64,000 nt of DNA from the human T2T-CHM13v2.0 reference genome, Homo sapiens, in the NCBI RefSeq assembly GCF_009914755.1, contig NC_060937.1; one strand, given 5' to 3'. Every line of letters starts with the position of its first letter. Position 1 is the stretch's first letter. A program made the position numbers and the translations under genes. The notes beneath the pieces are model-generated. The model saw nothing but the letters and a program-made list of their open reading frames with translations. It was not told where the DNA came from and made no database searches. Shown in pieces: positions 31,083 to 49,170 of this stretch.

Positions 31083-32342
31083 CTTCTCCTATCACTCTCC
31101 CCAGGTAAATGTCACTATCAGCAAAGGGAAATAGCAGTGGCAACTGAAAAACCTTTGCAGTGGGGCCATGTGGGTGAAGCCATTCGGTCTGAGTCGCTAA
31201 TGCTGCTCTTTAACTCATTTTGGAAACTTTGGTTTGTGTTGTGGGGGTGGATTAATTGGCAGAAATCACAGAAGTAGTTATTACTCCATCTCGATTTGGG
31301 GAACTTGTGCAGAGATTTTTTTAAAACTCTTATTTTGCTTTTGGGTTTTGCCTCATTCTTATTCCTTTTTGAAAAAAAGTGATCCTGATGTAATGAGGTG
31401 AAGTTCATATCCTATGTTAGCAGTCCCAAGAAGGCTAGTGAAGTGGTTTTGTCATCAGGATATAAAAATTGGGCTTTTCCCCCAATAAAAAGCAGACTGT
31501 GGTCTGATAAATACTGTGAATGTAGAGCACAGAAAAAAAAAACTTAAGAAATTCATTGCAGGCTACTATTAATGCCATCTCCATTCTAACCACTGCCAAT
31601 GGAAAAACCATGAGAAATGAGTCTGAAAAGGCCAAAATTTTCCAAATCAAGGAAGTCTCTCCCAGTTTCTCATTTTGTTTGTTTTCTGTCTGGTTACTTC
31701 AGACTATGACATATCTGTTATGTATATCTATGGTTAGTTTCACACGTAAACACGTATACACACACTGCAATGTTAGGAAGGTAACAGGAAAACCACTTGG
31801 AGAGAGTTCTGTTTTGAAACTGTTCGTTTAAATATGCTTTAAAATTTTCAGATGATTAAAGATCCTATTCCATTTGGGATCTCTCCTAAAATATCTGGAA
31901 ACTGGCATGGATTACTAAACAATCCTAAATTAGTAGTCTTAACCAAAAGTATATACAGTACGCTGGAGAAGGAAACTGGGAAGCAAATTAATGAGGGTGA
32001 TCATCAGACAAATCCAATGAGAAATGACCTCTGTTGGGACAGTTGTCATGGAGAAGTGGATGACCAGATGGTCTCTTCTGAGCTAAGCCAAGTTGGATGG
32101 AGCAGTAAACAGGTTTCTTCCCATAAGAAGTAGAAAGGGGAGTAAATATCAGTACCCTAAAAATCATTAGCAGTGGTCAAAAGATCAATACACTCGTTAT
32201 CTCCAACAAGTTACAAATCATGAGTCAAAATTTTTAACCAGAAAGAGGGATCAAAAGCTTTAATTGTTCTGGGGTTCTAAAGTGCTGGAGATAGAGATCA
32301 ATGTTTTATACCCAGAGACATTTGACTTAAAAATTTAGGTAA

Positions 32343-32703
<361 letters not shown>

Positions 32704-32767
32704 TTAGATTAAGCAATGGTAATGAACTATCTATGTTAAATGCTAGCAGTATCAAATTGTACTTAGG

Positions 32768-32842
32768 TTTTTTTTGTTGTTGTTGTTTTTTACTGCTCCT
32801 TTTGGACCAGGGCTACCCATAGGCAGTGTGCCAAAAATAGCC
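32768..32842 (-). mobile_element. Short (~52 nt) A-tailed retroposed element, probably LTR-derived
   Basis: Minus strand reads GGCTATTTTTGGCACACTGCCTATGGGTAGCCCTGGTCCAAAAGGAGCAGTA followed by an A/CAA tail. Confidence 0.55.
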
Positions 32843-32984
32843 AAGGAATTTATTTTTATTTATATCTTGCTGTAAGTTGCATTCTTTTTACACAAGGTTA
32901 GCAGTTAATGACTCAATGGTGGCAGCTACCTGAATTGCAGGCATGGTTCTTGGTAAATAAATAACATCTGACGGATTGTTTCTT

Positions 32985-33292
<308 letters not shown>

Positions 33293-33320
33293 TGATGGAT
33301 TGTTTTTAAAACTGAAACTC

Positions 33321-33640
33321 AGCTGGGCATGGTGGCTCACGCCTGTAATCCCAGCACTTTGGGAGGCTGAGGCAGGTGGATCGCTTGAGCCCAGGAGTTC
33401 AAGACCAGCCTGAGAAACATGGCAAAACCCCTTCCCTGCTAAAAATAAAAATAAAAGAATTAGCTGGGTGTGGTGGCACACACCTGTAGTCTCAGCTGCT
33501 CAGGAGGCTGAGGCAGGAAAATTGCTTGAACCTGGGAGGTGGAGGCTGCAGTGAGCTGAGATCATGTCACTGTGCTCCAGCCTGGGCAACAGAGTGAGAC
33601 TCTGTCTCAAAAAAAAAAAAAAGAAAAAGGAAAAAAAAAC
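33321..33640 (+). mobile_element. Alu (AluJ/Sz-like)
   Basis: Full dimer, head-to-head with the preceding Alu. Confidence 0.95.
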
Positions 33641-33724
33641 CCTGAAAATTCATAAAATTGACCACAAATACAATCTATGTTTTCAGGACTTTTGCCTAAT
33701 TACACAGTTTGAACGTGCTGTTAA

Positions 33725-34039
<315 letters not shown>

Positions 34040-34329
34040 TAATCAATTTTTGTTTCTTTTGCAATCTCACATTACCAAAAATTTGTGGAGTGTAACTCCA
34101 AGTATTTCCTTTTGCATTTGTTAACTACACAAGGAATACATTCTCATTTTTTTAAATTCTAATAATCAGATAAATCAGAAGTTATCTCATTTAACAAGCC
34201 CCCACCAGCTATTACAGAAACCCTTCTACTATTACCAGTTTGATGTGTATCATTCAAGATCTTTTTCTACTATGTTTGCATAATATACTTTTGCATATAC
34301 AGCATATGAATATGTATTTTTGCTTTATG

Positions 34330-34626
34330 CTTTTTTTCCCTCTTTGAGACATGATCTCTCTCTATCACCCAGGCTGGGGTGCAGTGGTGCAATCAGGGCT
34401 TACTGCAGCCTCGACTTCCTCAGGCTCAAGTGATCCTCCCATTTCATCCTCCCAAGTAGCTGGGACTACAGATACATGCCACCACGCCTGTCTAATTTGT
34501 GTAATTTTTGTAGATGAGGTTTCGACATGTTGCCCAGGCTGGTCTCAAACCACTGGACTCAAGCGATCTGCCCACCCCAGCCTCCCAAAGTGCTAGGATT
34601 GCAGGCATAAACCACTGCCTTTGGCC
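34330..34626 (-). mobile_element. AluJ
   Basis: Diverged antisense dimer; TSD tatgcttttt. Confidence 0.92.
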
Positions 34627-34710
34627 TATGCTTTTTAATATAAATATTATTATACTATACATATTTTTCTATAATTTTATTTTTTTATCTATCACAGGTG
34701 ACAAAACACT

Positions 34711-35001
34711 ATTTATTTATTTATTTATTTGAGATGGAGTCTCACTCTATTGCCCAGGCTGGAGTGCAATGGCATGATCTCGGCTCACTCAATGTCTTTG
34801 TTCAAGCAATTGTCCTTCCTCAGCCTCTGGAGTAGCTGGGATTACAGGAACGTGCCACCATGCCCAGCTAATTTTTGTATTTTTAGTAGAGATGGGGTTT
34901 CACCAAGTTGGCCAGACTGGTCTTGAACTCTTAACCTCAAGATCCACCCGCCTCGGCCTCCCAAAGTGCTGGGATTACAGATGTGAGCCACCGCACCTGG
35001 A
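34711..35001 (-). mobile_element. Alu (AluS)
   Basis: Antisense dimer with small deletions. Confidence 0.93.
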
Positions 35002-35370
35002 CACAATTTATTTTTTTAACTTATCAAATATCTTGGATATTTTTTTATTAGTGTGTAGAGATTAACTTAATTTTTCTCTTACATGATTTTTTGCATTAAT
35101 TTTTTTTTTATTTTGAAAGAATTGTAGATTCACAAGAAATTACTGCCTCCCCCTGAAAAAACAAAAAAAGGAAAGAGAGGTCCAGTCAGTGCACCTTTCA
35201 CCCAGCCTCCATGTAACGGTCACATCTGACCTATAGTGCACTACCATAAACAGGAAATTGACATTGCTACAATCCACAGAACATATTCACATTTCACCAG
35301 TTTTACATAAGCTTATTTGTAAAAGTGTGTTTGTTTGTAGATAGTACTTTTTTATTATTCTTCTTCTTTA

Positions 35371-37282
<1,912 letters not shown>

Positions 37283-37345
37283 TATGATGCTAGCTGGTTA
37301 TTTCGCCTGTTAATTGATGCAGTTTCTTCATAGCATCAATGGTCT

Positions 37346-38366
37346 TTACAATTTGGCATGTTTTTGCAGTGGCTGGTACCCATTGTTCCTTTCCATGTTT
37401 AGTGCTTCCTTCAGGAGCTCTTTAAGGCAGGCCTGGTGGTGATAAAATCTCTCAGCATTTGCTTGTCTGTAAAGGATTTTATTTCTCTTTCACTTATGAA
37501 GCTTGGTTTGGCTGGATATGAAATTCTGGTTTGAAAATTCTTTTCTTTAGGAACGTTGAATATCGGCCCCCACTCTCTTCTGGCATGTAGGGTTTCTGCT
37601 GAGAGATCCACTGTTAGTCTGATTGGCTTCCCTTTGTGGGTAACCTGACCTTTCTCTCTGGCTACCCTTAACATTGTTTCCTTCATTTCAACCTTGGTGA
37701 ATCTGACAATTAGGTGTCTTGGGGTTGCTCTTCTCAAGGAGTATCTTTGTGGTGTTCTCTGTATTTCCTGAATTTGAATGTTGGCCTGCCTTGCTAGGTT
37801 GGGGAAGTTCTCCCGGATAATATCCTGAAGAGTGTTTTCTAACTTGGTTCCATTCTCCTCATCACTTTCAGGTACACCAATTAACATAGATTTGGTCTTT
37901 TCACATAGTCCCATATTTCTTGAAGGCTTTGTTCATTTCTTTTCATTCTTTTTTCTCTAATCTTGTCTTCTTGCCTTATTTCATTAATTTGATCTTCAAT
38001 CAGTGATATCCTTTCTTCCACTTGATCAAATCGGCTATTGAAGCTTGTGTATGCTTCACAAAGTTCTCATACTGTGGTTTTCAGCTCTGTCATATCATTT
38101 AAGGTCTTCTCTACACTTTTTATTCTAGTTAGCCATCCATCTAACCTTTTTTTAAGGTTTTTAGCTTCCTTGCAATGGGTTAGAACGTGCTCCTTTAGCT
38201 CAGAGAAGTTTGTTATTACCGACCTTCTGACGCCTACTTCTGTCAGCTCGTCAAACTCATTCTCTGTCCAGTTTTGTTCCCTTGCTGGCGAGGAGTTGTG
38301 TTCCTTTGGAGAAGAGACATTCTGGTTTTTGGAATTTTCAGCCTTTCTGCTCTGGTTTCTCCCCAT
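37346..38366 (-). pseudogene. Disrupted L1 ORF1
   Basis: MGRNQSRKAENSKNQ... and LIGVPESDEENGTKLENTLQDII..NFPNLARQANIQIQEIQRTP in different frames. Confidence 0.93.
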
Positions 38367-38392
38367 CTTTGTGGTTTTTGTCTTGTTTGTAG

Positions 38393-39149
<757 letters not shown>

Positions 39150-39398
39150 TTACTTTATTTTTAAGACCTTTGTATTATTGTTCAAATATACTCCTGGCAG
39201 TATATCTTTTGGAAAAATTCCTGAAGAATGTATTTTTTAAGTGGCTTTTTAAAAATGGCCTTGGAAATTTCTCTTACAAAAAACTATTAGTTAAGGTAAT
39301 TATTAAGATTTAAGACATTCTGAGAAATGTATTGTTAGGTAATTTCATTGTTGTAGGAATATCATAGAATGTACTACACAAACACAAATGGTATAGCC

Positions 39399-39998
39399 CA
39401 GCAATATCCCCAACCTTTTTGGCACCAGGGACAGTTTTTGTGGAAGATAATTTTTCCAGGGATGGGAGAGGGTAGGGGGAAGGAAGAGGTGGGGATCATT
39501 TCTGGATGACACTGTTCTGCCTCAGATCATCAGACATTAGTCAAGAGAGTCCAATCTTTTGGCTTCTTTGGGCCACATTGGAAGAAAAAGAAGAATTGTC
39601 TTGGGCCACACATAAAATACACTGACACTAATGAAGCCAATGAGCTAAAAAAAAAAAAAAGAAGTTGCAAACAAATTTCATAATGTTTAACAAAGTTTAC
39701 AAATTTGTGTTGGGCCATATTCAAAGTCCCCCTGGGCCACATGCAGCCCGCAGACCACAGGTTGGACAAGCTTGAGTTGGATTCTCATAAGGAGCGTGCA
39801 ACCTAGATCCCTCGAATGTGCAGTTCACAATAGGGGTTCATGTTCCTATGAGAATCTGATGCCTCCACTGATCTGATAGGAGGCAGAACTCAGGTGGTGA
39901 TGCTAGCTTGCCCTTGACTCACCTCCTGCTGTGCAAGCCAGGTTCCTAACAGTCCACGGATTGGTACCAGTCCATGGCCTGGGGGTTGGGGACCCCTG
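39399..39998 (+). mobile_element. MER1B hAT-Charlie element, interrupted by MER30
   Basis: ccccaacctttttggcaccaggga...gggggttggggacccctg; perfect 8-bp TSD gtatagcc. Confidence 0.9.
39542..39774 (+). mobile_element. MER30 hAT-Charlie MITE
   Basis: gtccaatcttttggcttctttgggccacattggaag...ggttggacaagcttg. Confidence 0.92.
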
Positions 39999-40920
39999 GT
40001 ATAGCCTACTCCACACCTAAGCTATATAATATAGCCTGCCGTGCCTAGGCTGCAAACCTGTACAGTATGTTACTATACTGCATACAGTAGGCAATTGTAA
40101 CACTATGATAAGTATTTGTGTATCTAAACATCTCTAGGTATAGAAAGGGTACAATCAAAATATAGTATAAAAGATTTTTAAAATGGTGCACCTGTATTGG
40201 GCACCTACCACGAATAGAGCTTGGAGCTTGCAGGACTGGAAGCTGCTCTGGATGAGTCAGTGAGTGAGTGGTGGGTGAATGTGAAGACCTAGGACATTGC
40301 TGTACTGTACTGTACTTTTTATGTGATGGACAATGCAGTAGGCTTGCTTACACTAGCATCACCACAAATGTGTCAGTAATGTGTTGTGCTACGAAGTTAT
40401 ACTGCCTCCGACGTCGCTAAGAAATAGGAATTTTTCAGCTTCATTATAATCTCGTGGGACCACTGTCATTACTCAAAACATCATATGTAACACAGGACTG
40501 CATGTATGTAGAAAGAGAAAGAGGAGGATGGTTGGATGGCTAAATATTAGCTGTCCTCGCTAGATTAAAACTCCCTTTAGAGAAAGAATTCTAGTCTTAG
40601 AAGTTTGTAAAACTCACAATGTCAATGTATGCCTACTGCATGCTTAGTGTGTGCCCAATAAATGCCTGCTAGTGGTTAAACTGGTTGACTGTCTGGGAGC
40701 AGAGTTATCTCACTCTACCAGAGCTACCTCTGGGTGATGGTATCTTCAGAGGAGCAGCAGTGCTAGCTGAGTGAGCTAAGCTGTATGTCTCCATGCAGAA
40801 GTCTGCTCCTGGAAAACTTGAAACAAACAGACAAATTTGCTTATACTGCTCCCAGTCTAATAAGCCTTAACAAAATATTCTTGGGAACATTATAAAAGCA
40901 CACAGATAGTACAGTGATAA

Positions 40921-41481
<561 letters not shown>

Positions 41482-41913
41482 CAGTGATAAGTTTTATCAA
41501 ACAGCTTGGAGAATAGTTAGCTAGACAGTTACACTCTTAGTTCCAAATTCCATCCAAGATGGTGGCAGTTTCCTACATGACTTCTGGCAAATGTGTTGTG
41601 CACAGTGAAGAAGCAAAGGATCAGAAAATACCCATTGCTTGTTAGCTATCTGGGATCCTCCTGGGATGCTAGGGCAGGCTTCGACTAAGGCTACGTTTGT
41701 CTTACTTTGTATTCTTTTTTGCAACATTATTATTGTATTACATATTTTGATTTCACTGAGGTCAGCCAGAAAAAGAAACCAGAATATTAGATATTAAATT
41801 GATTGTAATTTTAAAGAACATTGCTTACTTTTTACCAACAATAAAAAATCCTTAAATAGATAAGGACAATCTAGCATAAGTTAAGTCTTTCTTTATTTTT
41901 TTCAGCCTGAATA

Positions 41914-42227
41914 TGTTTTTTTGTTCGTTTGTTTGTTTGTTTATGAGACGGAGTTTCACTCTTGTTGCCCAGGCTGGAGTGCAATGGCGTGATCTAGGCT
42001 CACTGCAACCTCTGCCTCCCATGTTCAAGCGATTCTCCTGCCTCAGCCTCCTGAGTAGCTGGGATTAAAGGCATGTGCCACCACGCCTGGCTAATTTTTG
42101 TATTTTTAGTAGAAAAAGGGTTTCACCATGTTGATCAGGCTGCTTTCAAACTCCTGACCTCGGGTGATCCACCCGCCTCGGCCTCCCAAAGTGCTGGGAT
42201 TACAGGAATGAGCCACCAAGCCCAGCC
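41914..42227 (-). mobile_element. Alu (AluSq/Sp-like)
   Basis: Full dimer; TSD tcagcctgaatatgttt. Confidence 0.95.
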
Positions 42228-42382
42228 CTCAGCCTGAATATGTTTGTGAAGTCTTTTTTTTTTTTTTTTTTTTTTTACCAATTCTATCCTTCTTTCAACA
42301 TGGACCTCAAACTCTCCTATCTTCTTGAAAGATTCTCTGACTAAAATCCAAGACTTGTGTGACAGTCAAGAATGTGGAATTT

Positions 42383-42675
42383 GACTAGGCGCAGTGGTTC
42401 ACCCCTATAATCCCAGCTCTTTGGGAGGCATGCAGGGAGGATCACTTGAGTCCAGGAGACCAGCCTGGGCAACAGTGAGCCCTCATCGCTACAAAAAGAA
42501 ACAAAATTAGCAGAGTGTGGTGGTGCATGCCTGTAGTCCCAGCAACTCAGAAGGTTGAGGTGGGAGGATCACTCGGCCCTGGGAGGTCACAGCTGCAGTG
42601 AGCCGAGATGGTGCCACTGAACTCCAGCCTGGGCAACAGAGCAAGACGCTGTCTCAAGAAAAAAAACAAAAAATA
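42383..42675 (+). mobile_element. AluJ
   Basis: Diverged dimer. Confidence 0.92.
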
Positions 42676-42882
42676 ATATGAAATTTACCATCAAAAATAC
42701 CTGTCTGAGTCAAGTCCTGACTCTAACCGTTTACAGTTCTGTCACTTTGAGCAAGTTATTAAATCTCTCTGAGCCTCAATTTCCTTATCTGTAATAATGA
42801 ACAATAACAGCTTCTGGCTTGCTTCCAGAATTAAACGTAAAGTACTTAACACAGTACCTGACATGTGGTAAGCATTCAATAA

Positions 42883-43188
<306 letters not shown>

Positions 43189-43609
43189 AGTCATTTATCA
43201 TTAGTAGCATTTACTGTCATATTTTTCAGCCTGTTTTAAAGTATGTTATAACTAGAAACCCCCTATACCAAGGATTGAAACAATGACCTGTAGGTCAAAT
43301 TGTGTTTAGCCAACAGTGTTTCTAAATGCATATATTAGATTCATGAGTTTAGACCTGGGATTTGTCCTTTATTAGCTAACACCCTTGCTGCATCACACAT
43401 TTGCATTACTTGCATGGTCCATGAAGACACCTGAGTTTGTGAATACCAGTCTAAACTTTTAATTTTGTATCCTCAAAATTCAAAAGAAGAGGAAGGAAGA
43501 CGACAAAATAAAAGATTGGCCAACCTTCAATGGTTATCATCAAGAAAGGAAACGGAGGAAAGAGTGGTAAAAATCTGCTTCACTAATCCATGCCCAGGAC
43601 TTGAGAATT

Positions 43610-44246
<637 letters not shown>

Positions 44247-44430
44247 GAGAATTCCTCTCTGTTCTATTCATTGAATGCTTAACCATAGATGGACATATTA
44301 TCTATTTACTCGTGTTTATTTGTTTTATCTCCCTAATAAACCTACAATCCTCTTGAAGATAGCAATTACATCACATTATTATTATTTTTTTAATACGTAA
44401 GATCCCTAACTCATTTTTTTCTCATAGTAA

Positions 44431-45247
44431 TGAAGCAGGAAATTTTCCCTGACCCCTTTGTGGGCAGGAACTGGAGTGCACGGGCACTAGAACTAGCCGG
44501 CCACTTTGGTGCCAGCAGGGGCAGATTCCACTGTGTTCCACCCGACACGGGATAGGGAGCACAGGTAAGCAGGTGCAGGAGCTGCAGCAAGCACTTTTAA
44601 GCACTGGCAGGAGCAAAATTTCATGTGGCCCTGTGGCAGCATCTAGGAGGATGCCCGAGACCCCTGAAGCCCCAGAAAGAATGTTACGGTCAGTGGTCTT
44701 TTAACTTTGCTATCCATGATGGCATAAGTGTTAATAGCTCAGTGGAGGGTCAGTGTAGCAGCCTTTTGCACTCGCACCCAAGTTCTTGTCTGGCATCCAG
44801 GAGGAATAAGGTCACACAAACAAATTGGAGATGATAACGTGGGAGATTTTATTGCTGATGAAAGTGACTCTCAGTGGGAAGGGGAGCTGAAAAGGGTCCA
44901 GAGCAGGAAGATAATCTTCCCCTGGCCAGCCGGACTCTTCTCTGAAGCAACACCATCAAGCTGTCCCTCTGAAGTCAAGCTGCTTCTCTCTGATGTCCAG
45001 CCATAGTCTCCGAAGTCCAGCTGCTTCTCTTCTCCTCTCCTCTCTCTGACAGCAGAGCCTGGGGTTTTTATGGGCACAGGATGGGGGTTGGGGTGGGCCA
45101 TGGGTGGTTTTGAAAAAGGCAACATTTGAGCAGAAAAACAGAAAATCCTGTTCTCACTTTGGGCCATGGTTCCAGGCTTGAGGGTGGGCCCCTTGATGGG
45201 GACCCACCCTCTTCTGACCAGAATTTCCCTGCCTCCTGTCCCTATCA
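44431..45247 (-). mobile_element. ERV1 solo LTR (LTR1/LTR27/LTR28-like)
   Basis: TG...CA termini and 4-bp TSD gtaa; minus strand starts tgatagggacaggaggcagggaaattctgg. Confidence 0.85.
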
Positions 45248-45584
45248 GTAATATATCAGTAATAACACTACCTATCAATGTAAGTTCATCACTTGTAAAA
45301 AATGTACCTCTGTGGTGAAGGACATTGATAATAGAGTAGGCAAGGCATGTGCGGGGGCAGGGTGCCTATGGGATAGCTTGCACTTTCCTCAATTTTCCTG
45401 TGAACCTAGACTACTCCAAAAAAAAGTCTTTAAAAAAGATTTTAAAAATACTATATAGCATTTCCTGAACACTTGCTATATGCCAGCATGCTATATACTA
45501 AGTCTTTGCTGCATCCATCCCATTTAATCTTTGCAGTAACCAAAAGAGGAAGGTACTACTACTACTTGGGCACATACTACTTGG

Positions 45585-45709
45585 CATGTTTTATAACCTT
45601 TGTAAGTTTCCCTTTCCTCATCTAATAAATTAGACCTATTTATTACATCTAATAAATTACATCTAATTTATTAGAAGAAGAAAGAAACTTACTAAGGCTA
45701 TAAAACATG
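45585..45709. repeat. Imperfect inverted repeat (~48-50-bp arms, 27-nt loop) within a MIR
   Basis: 45585-45634 matches the reverse complement of 45662-45709 with 4 mismatches and one 2-nt indel. Confidence 0.9.
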
Positions 45710-46109
45710 TCTAAGAGCACATAGCTGGTAAATGGTGAAGCCAAGATTGAAACAGTGGTCTGTGATCCCAAAGGCCACGCTTCCAGCACTTTTGAATATT
45801 GCCTCCCAAACACATAAACCAACAAACATTCCTTGGCTAACTAGATGGCTCGAGCTCTCTTGTAATTTCTAGGACATTTGACAATAACTATATATTTACT
45901 ATTGTGGATGTTGGAATTTGAATTTTGTTCAGTCAGCAAAAAAGTTTTGCTAAGTATATGCTCCCAAGGACAGATGAATAAGACAATGTAATGGAAACAA
46001 GCAATCATAGGACAATATAATAGAGTTTTAATGACCATTTGAAGAAAATTCTATGGAAGCACAGAAGATTTATTTAAAAGTAGTTCACCATATGCAGTCA
46101 GCATTTCTG

Positions 46110-46340
46110 AAATTTCTGCTGTATTCCCAGCATTGTGCTAGGCATTTGACAAATACTTATTTGCTCAACTCTCACAACTACCTCATGAAGTAGGTTTTAT
46201 TATCCGTGTTTACAAATAAGTAAACTCAGACATGAAGTTGATAAGTGGCTTGAACAAGGTCACACAACCAATGGGTGGTAGAGCTGGGATGGAACCTCAG
46301 ATATGCAAGGTTAGGCTAAAGTCCATGGTTGTTCTAGCTT
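46110..46340 (-). mobile_element. MIR SINE
   Basis: tattatccgtgtttacaaataagtaaactcag...aaggtcacacaacc. Confidence 0.75.
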
Positions 46341-46836
46341 ACCAACTAAGCTGTTGTAAGGTAAGTGTTCTTCTGGTCCTTTGCACAATTAGAAAACACC
46401 AACACAAATATCGTGTATAAACAAGGCTTCAGATCTGTCTGTTTAAGGTACCTCTGGCCAACTGTATGAAGAAGCAGGGTCATGAGGCCGAGTCATTGTC
46501 TAACTTGGGGAATAACTTACTTAGATATTTTGCTGCTCACTCTTTTTTTTTCAGCTAGGGTTTATAATTCCTCTTGTTCTTTAGGCTGACACCAGTTTTT
46601 ATGCTTGATAATTGTGTTTAATAGTTTATCTTCTCATATTTAGTGTAAGTTTCTTGCAACTGTGGTCCTTTGGGTTAATGTATTTTTCCCTATCCTCTTA
46701 TCACATCAAACAAGGAGTCTTGTCGGTTAGTTGGTGTGGTTTTATTTGCCATTCCCATGATGAAGGTTCTAGGGCAAAGCCAAAGCATGATCAATAACAT
46801 TTATAGCACATTCTAAGGAAATAAAAACATCAAACA

Positions 46837-47155
46837 GGCTGGGTGCGGTGGCTCACACCTGTAATCCCAACACTTTGGGAGGCTGAGGCAGGTGGACCAC
46901 TTCAGCTCGAGAATTCAAGACCAGCCTGGCCAACATAGTGAAATGATTTCTCTACTAAAAATACAAAACTTAACCGGGTGTGGTAGCGCACACCTGTAAT
47001 CCCAGCTACTCAGGAGGCAGAGGCAGGAGAATCACTTGAACCTGGGAGGTTGAGGCTTCAGTGAGCCGAAATTGTGCCACTGCACTCCAGCCTGGGCGAC
47101 AGAGCAAGGCCCTGTCTCAAATAAATAAATAAATAAATATCGCAAAAAAAAAAAA
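46837..47155 (+). mobile_element. Alu (AluJb/Sz-like)
   Basis: Full dimer; TSD aaaaacatcaaaca. Confidence 0.95.
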
Positions 47156-47984
47156 TCAGAAAGGAAAATAGAGAAAAACATCAAACAAATAGGGAACATT
47201 TTCAGTAGACTCTTTTCAGGAGATGCTTTGGGACTGCTCTCCAGCAGGATCAATTCTGGAGCTTGGCTTGTATGTCCTACATCACTAATGGGAAATGCAG
47301 GAGAGAGCCTAGGACTGTTAGCGAAGAAGAGAGAAAAGGGGCTGTCACTGATGGAGCGCATTTTGGCAGCATGGAACCAAAGCCATGAATACAAGCCTGC
47401 TTCTGGGCTCAGCAGTTTCATTTCTAGGAATCCACTCTAAAGAAACAATTAGAGAGTGTACAGTGATTTGCATATCTTTAATAGCAAAAGGAAAAAACCC
47501 TTTAACAGTTTGACGATGAAAAAATTATGTCAATAAGTTATAATACATCCATACAATGGAATGCCACATTAACAACTTCATGTTGTAGAAAAATATTTAA
47601 AGACATAGAAAAATGTTCTCCATATATTTTAATCATTTTATAATAAAATGTTTGAAGCATGTAAAAAGTAGCAAGCCTATTATAACAAACTCATTATCCA
47701 GTTTCAACAGTTATTTATTCATGGCCAATCTTATTTCATCTACAATCACACTAGTTTCCCTATTCCTCCCTCCCTGCACCACACTGAAGCCGATCCCAGA
47801 GTTCTTAATGCTTTCATAAATATTTCAGCATGTATCTCCAAATAATAAGGCTCTTTTAAAACACAAAACCACAATACCATTAATACACCTCAAAATTGAT
47901 GATAATGCCTTAATATCAATATCAAAACAGTGTTTAAATTTCTTCGATTATCTCAAAATGTTGTGCCTTTTTTTAAAAAAGTTA

Positions 47985-48367
<383 letters not shown>

Positions 48368-48558
48368 TTAGTCATTAGGTTTCACCATCCTATTTTTCCT
48401 TGCAATTGCAATTTGTTCAGACCAGGTTATTTGTCCTGTAGAGTTTTTCACTTCCTAGATTTTGCTAATAACTTCCCCCATGATACTTTAAACAATTTCC
48501 TCTGTGTCCTGTATTTCCTTGACTTGATATGTACTGTTGGCAAAAATACCACACATGT

Positions 48559-48917
48559 TGTTACAGGCTGAATTGTATCTCCTTAAATTTGTATGTTGAA
48601 ATCATAACCCCTAGCACCTCAGAATGTGACTGTATTTGGAAATAAGGCCTTTAAAGAGGTCATTCAGTGAAAATGAGGTCATATGTGTGGGACCTAATCC
48701 AATATGACTACTGTCCTTATAAGAAGAAGAGATTAGAACACATACGGGTACAGAGGGAAGGCCATCTGCAAGGTGAAAGAGAGGCCTCAGAAGAAACAAA
48801 CCCGGCCTAAATCTTAATCTTGGACTTCCAGCTTCCAGCGCTGTGATAAGATAGACTTGTTATTTTAGCCACCTAGTCTGTGGTTCTTTGTTACTGCAGT
48901 CCTAGCAAACTAATGCA
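48559..48917 (+). mobile_element. MaLR LTR (MLT1B-like)
   Basis: tgttacaggctgaattgtatc...cacctcagaatgtgactgtatttggaaataagg...ctagcaaactaatgca. Confidence 0.85.
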
Positions 48918-49006
48918 TCAGTAGTATTGTACTCTGATTAGAAGGCACATATAATCCATTCTTGAGTATGAAATTCTTTAGTTGGGGAAAACCATATTAC
49001 AAATTA

Positions 49007-49170
<164 letters not shown>

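Larger units (their letters stand above)
39315..40501 (+). mobile_element. Tigger3-type TcMar DNA transposon, hosting MER1B and MER30
   Basis: cattctgagaaatgtattgttaggtaatttcattg...caaacctgtacagtatgttact...cattataatctcgtgggaccactgtc. Confidence 0.85.
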
